Assembly: GCA_016781485.1 (NCBI GenBank)
Contig: JADDQH010000002.1
Coordinates: 4,783-68,782, forward strand
Length of the DNA stretch: 64,000 bases
Origin: Chloroflexota bacterium
GTDB taxonomy: Bacteria; Chloroflexota; Limnocylindria; Limnocylindrales; CSP1-4
Direction: 5' to 3'
Numbering within the stretch: the stretch's first letter is position 1; each line of letters starts with the position of its first letter. This document shows, piece by piece, positions 60,835 through 64,000 of this stretch. A program made the translations under genes and the position numbers. The notes below the pieces were generated by a model. The model ran no database searches. It saw nothing but the letters and a program-made list of their open reading frames with translations, and was not told where the DNA came from.

Positions 60835-61898
60835 CACAGCTCACCGAGACCGGGCGGCCGCTCGCTACCGAGGCACGGGACGCCACGCCGATCGACACGA
60901 GACAGGCGGTCGGTGAAGGGAGTCCTCTTGTCACGACCTCGATGAGAGCGTTCTTCGAGGCGCATCCGGGAGCCCGGTATCTGTTCTTCGGCGGCAAGGG
61001 TGGTGTCGGCAAGACGGTGATGGCGGGGATGACCGCCGTCGAGCTGGCTCGCAGCGGGCGTCGGATCCTGCTCGCGTCTACCAACCCCGTCCATAGCCTC
61101 TCGGGGTTGCTCGGGCAGGACGTGTTCGGTCGGCCCACGCCTGTCGCCGGCGCCGAGAACCTGTGGGCCTTCGAGATCGACACGAGGGACGCGATCGACC
61201 GCTCGAAGCGGGAGATCAAGGAGAAGATCCAGTGGTTCCTCAAGTTCGCGGAGATCTCGACGAAGGCCGATGAGTTCGTAGAGGCCGCCACGATGAACCC
61301 GGCGTTCGAGGAGTCGGCCATGTTCGAGAACATGGTCGACCTGATGTTCAAGGACGAATACGACGTCTACGTCTTCGATACGGCACCGACGGCGAACGCT
61401 CGGCGGCTGCTCGGGATGTCCAAGGTGTACGGGCTGTGGGTCCAGAAGATGCTCAAGTCCCGCGAGGAGGCACAGTCGCTCCGCGAGGCGCTCTCCTTCA
61501 GCAAGAAGAAGGAAGAGGACCCACTCATGAACTACCTCGTCGAGTTCAGGGAGCGGATCCGGCACGCGCGCGACCTGCTGACCGACCCGGAGAAGACCGC
61601 GTTCTTCTTCGTGACGCTTCCCGAGGCGCTCCCGATCGCGGTCATCCGGCGCTTCATCACCTGGTTCACCGACTTCGGCATCCCGGTCGGCGGCGTCGTG
61701 GTCAACGGCGTCATCGCTCGCGAGGACGGCGCCCACTCATCCGAGTTCGTACGCAATCGGATCGCGATGCAGGAGGGCTACCTGGGCGAGATCCGGCAGC
61801 TGTTCGACGGCCAGGTGCGAGCGGTCCTGCCCCTCTACGACAGCGACATCCGGGGTGTGCCGATGCTCGAGAAGGCGGGGCGGGCCCTCTTCGCGTGA
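60831..61898 (+). CDS. ArsA/Get3-family ATPase, copy 2
   Basis: The ATG overlaps the stop of copy 1 (ATGA at 60831-60834). Motifs are FGGKGGVGKTV, TNPVHSLSGLLG and FDTAPTANA. Confidence 0.85.
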   Translation: MTQLTETGRPLATEARDATPIDTRQAVGEGSPLVTTSMRAFFEAHPGARYLFFGGKGGVGKTVMAGMTAVELARSGRRILLASTNPVHSLSGLLGQDVFGRPTPVAGAENLWAFEIDTRDAIDRSKREIKEKIQWFLKFAEISTKADEFVEAATMNPAFEESAMFENMVDLMFKDEYDVYVFDTAPTANARRLLGMSKVYGLWVQKMLKSREEAQSLREALSFSKKKEEDPLMNYLVEFRERIRHARDLLTDPEKTAFFFVTLPEALPIAVIRRFITWFTDFGIPVGGVVVNGVIAREDGAHSSEFVRNRIAMQEGYLGEIRQLFDGQVRAVLPLYDSDIRGVPMLEKAGRALFA

Positions 61899-61916
61899 CC
61901 CGAGGGAGCCGCCGCG

Positions 61917-62033
61917 CTAGCGGCCGCCGACGGACGCCGCGCGGGCCGTGACCCGCTCGATGTGCTCGTAGAGCTCGCCGACCCCTGGGTCCGTGGCCTC
62001 CTCCGGATCCACCGCTCGAACGTACGCCACCAT
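61917..62033 (-). pseudogene. 38-codon ORF resembling only the N-terminus of carboxymuconolactone decarboxylase/AhpD-like proteins (possible gene remnant)
   Basis: The peptide is MVAYVRAVDPEEATDPGVGELYEHIERVTARAASVGGR, preceded by AAGGAGGTG. It is far shorter than the family norm. The resemblance is from memory only. Confidence 0.3.
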
Positions 62034-62040
62034 CACCTCC

Positions 62041-62069
62041 TTGGACGCGCCGGGATGCGATGCTACACT
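62041..62069 (+). promoter_or_regulatory. Putative sigma-70-type promoter of the valS leader (TTGGAC-17 nt-TACACT)
   Basis: The hexamers and 17-nt spacer were read directly from the sequence. The promoter sits just upstream of the T-box leader. Confidence 0.4.
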
Positions 62070-62074
62070 CCGCG

Positions 62075-62334
62075 CCTCACGGCAGGGACCGAGAGGAGTA
62101 GCACTCCCACGGCCGTCCAGAGACGCGGGTCGAGGCTGGAAGCCCGCGCGGAACCGGAGAGCGAACGTCGCTCGCGAGTCGTGACGGGAGGCGCCCGGTA
62201 GCGCGCCGAGAGGACGGAGGATCAGCCGCCTGGTGCGGCTAGGGAGCGGGATGACCGCGTTCTGATCGACCGTCGAACCAGCAGGTGGTACCACGACCCC
62301 GTTCGTCCGCTGGACGAGCGGGGCGTTTCATTTT
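62075..62334 (+). promoter_or_regulatory. T-box riboswitch leader of valS (candidate GUC specifier at 62167-62169)
   Basis: Stem I elements are GAGGAGTAG (AGUA-like) and the AGAGA bulge. The T-box core GGTGGTACCACG is at 62285-62296. The terminator is CCCCGTTCGTCC-GCTG-GACGAGCGGGG followed by CGTTTCATTTT (62297-62334). Confidence 0.75.
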
Positions 62335-62388
62335 GCGGCCGCGGAGAGCAGGACCAGGGAGCGTCCGGAGCGGCGCGGTAGCGACAGG

Positions 62389-64000
62389 ATGTCGGTGATG
62401 AGCGAGGTGTCGGAACAGCAGGCGAGGCCGGAACAGGCACCGGAAGAGCTGCCGAAGGCCTACCGCCCGACGGAGGTCGAGCGGGAGATCTATCAGCGCT
62501 GGCTCGATGCGGACGTGTTCGCCCCCGACGGGAGTGGCAGCCGTGCGGATCGGTCGGCCCCCCCGTTCGTCGTGACCCAGCCGCCGCCGAACATCACCGG
62601 GGCGCTCCACACCGGGCATGCGCTCACCGGGACACTCGAGGACGCGATGGTCCGCCGAGCGCGGATGCAGCGACGGCCGACGCTCTGGCTGCCCGGGCTC
62701 GACCACGCCTCGATCGCGGCACAGGTGGTCCTGGACCGGATCCTCGCGCTCGAGGGGGAGAGCCGCCAGTCGATGGGGCGCGATCGGTACCTGGAGCGGA
62801 TGTGGTGGTTCATCGACGAGACCCGCGACGTGATGCTCGGTCAGGAACGGCGGATGGGTTTCTCGCTCGACTGGGCCCGGCTCAGGTTCACGATGGACGA
62901 AGGGTCCGCGCGTGCTGTCCGGGTGAGCTTCAAGCGGCTGTACGACGAAGGCCTTGCCTACCGCGCCGAGAAGCTCATCAACTGGTGCCCGAGCTGCCGA
63001 ACGAGCCTCTCGGATCTCGAGGTCATCGCAACGCCCGAGACGGGGACGCTGTGGTTCGTCCGCTACCACCTCCTGGGACGAGACGGGACACCGGACCCGA
63101 GCGAAACGATCACCGTTGCGACGACGCGCCCGGAGACGATCCTCGGGGACACCGCCGTCGCGGTGCATCCGGACGACGAGCGGTATTCCTCGCTCGTCGG
63201 GCGCGAGGTCCTGATCCCGTTCGTGAACCGCCGGGTGCCGGTCATCGCCGACCACGTGGTCCAGCGCGAGTTCGGCTCGGGTGCCGTCAAGATCACGCCG
63301 GCGCACGACGACGACGACCACGAAACGGGGCGGCGCCACGGTCTGCCGAGCATCGAGGTGATGGATGACCGCGCCGCCATCAACGCGAACGGCGGCCCGT
63401 ACGAGGGACTGTCACGCGAGGAGGCGCGCCGCCGGATCGTCGCCGATCTCGAGAAAAAGGGGGATCTCGCCGAGGCGCGCGCTCACGAGATGGTCCTGGG
63501 GCGATGCGAGCGAAGCGACGACGTCGTCGAGCCACGGCTGAAGACGCAATGGTTCGTCCGCACGAGGCCGCTCGCGGACAAGGCGCTGGCCGCCGTCCGT
63601 GAAGGGCGCACGACGTTCGTCCCCGCGCGGTTCGAAAAGGTGTTCTTCGACTGGCTCGAGAAGATCCACGACTGGAACGTGAGCCGCCAGCTGTGGTGGG
63701 GCCACCGGATCCCCGCCTGGTACTGCCCCGACGGCCACGTCACGGTGTCCGATGAGGAGGGCGGACCGGCGGCGTGCGAACGGTGCGGACGCCCGAGCGG
63801 TGAGCTCGCGCAGGACGAGGACATCTTCGACACCTGGTACTCCAGCGGTCTGTGGCCCTTTTCCACGCTCGGGTGGCCCGATCCGACCGATGACTACGAC
63901 CGCTTCTACCCGACGACGGTGATGGAGACGGGCTACGACATCATCTTCTTCTGGGTGGCGCGGATGATGATGCTCGGTGAGTGGCTGACGGGGGAAGCCC
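62389..64000 (+). CDS. valS: Valyl-tRNA synthetase (3' end lies outside the window)
   Basis: The open frame runs to the window end. It shows PPPNITGALHTGHA (the HIGH region), WLPGLDHASIAAQ and WNVSRQLWWGHRIPAWYC. It is absent from the ORF track because no stop codon is reached. Confidence 0.93.
   Translation, partial: MSVMSEVSEQQARPEQAPEELPKAYRPTEVEREIYQRWLDADVFAPDGSGSRADRSAPPFVVTQPPPNITGALHTGHALTGTLEDAMVRRARMQRRPTLWLPGLDHASIAAQVVLDRILALEGESRQSMGRDRYLERMWWFIDETRDVMLGQERRMGFSLDWARLRFTMDEGSARAVRVSFKRLYDEGLAYRAEKLINWCPSCRTSLSDLEVIATPETGTLWFVRYHLLGRDGTPDPSETITVATTRPETILGDTAVAVHPDDERYSSLVGREVLIPFVNRRVPVIADHVVQREFGSGAVKITPAHDDDDHETGRRHGLPSIEVMDDRAAINANGGPYEGLSREEARRRIVADLEKKGDLAEARAHEMVLGRCERSDDVVEPRLKTQWFVRTRPLADKALAAVREGRTTFVPARFEKVFFDWLEKIHDWNVSRQLWWGHRIPAWYCPDGHVTVSDEEGGPAACERCGRPSGELAQDEDIFDTWYSSGLWPFSTLGWPDPTDDYDRFYPTTVMETGYDIIFFWVARMMMLGEWLTGEA

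Overview
This is a gene-dense, high-GC (about 68-70% by eye) chromosomal segment. I call about 55 protein genes and one tRNA. I see no rRNA, CRISPR array, transposase, integrase or prophage signature. The gene content and order (tRNA-Leu, tig, clpP, clpX ... valS; CIRCE-groEL; hemQ-type heme pathway; T-box leader) point to a Terrabacteria-type organism, Actinomycetota- or Chloroflexota-like. I cannot be more precise without a database search.

Main blocks in order:
- A 5'-truncated cyanophycin synthetase converging on an unusual paralog that has the N and Mur-ligase domains only, followed by an M20 peptidase, GGT and B12-dependent MetH.
- An MBL hydrolase and a His-rich CPH-type (CopB-like) P-type ATPase preceded by a perfect 21-bp palindrome.
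- Two class III nucleotide cyclases and a stand-alone cNMP-binding protein.
- An ABC-2 exporter/GNAT operon whose leader carries an intrinsic terminator.
- A trio of a degenerate secretion-ATPase-like protein, a ChlI-like AAA+ protein and a vWA protein.
- A complete, translationally coupled coproporphyrin-dependent heme operon (HTH regulator, hemA, hemCD fusion, hemB, hemQ, hemL, hemE, hemH, hemY). hemH and hemY are separated only by one in-frame TAG.
- A class II aldolase-like gene, azlCD, apbC, cinA, groEL, tig-clpP-clpX and cstA.
- A compact module of two paralogous small proteins plus two ArsA/Get3-type ATPases. This is my best candidate for an undescribed system.
- A T-box-controlled valS that runs off the window end.

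Limits: all product calls come from motif and family recognition by eye, with no similarity search. Start codons are best guesses. Many long ORFs in the supplied track are antisense or shadow ORFs typical of high-GC DNA and were not called.
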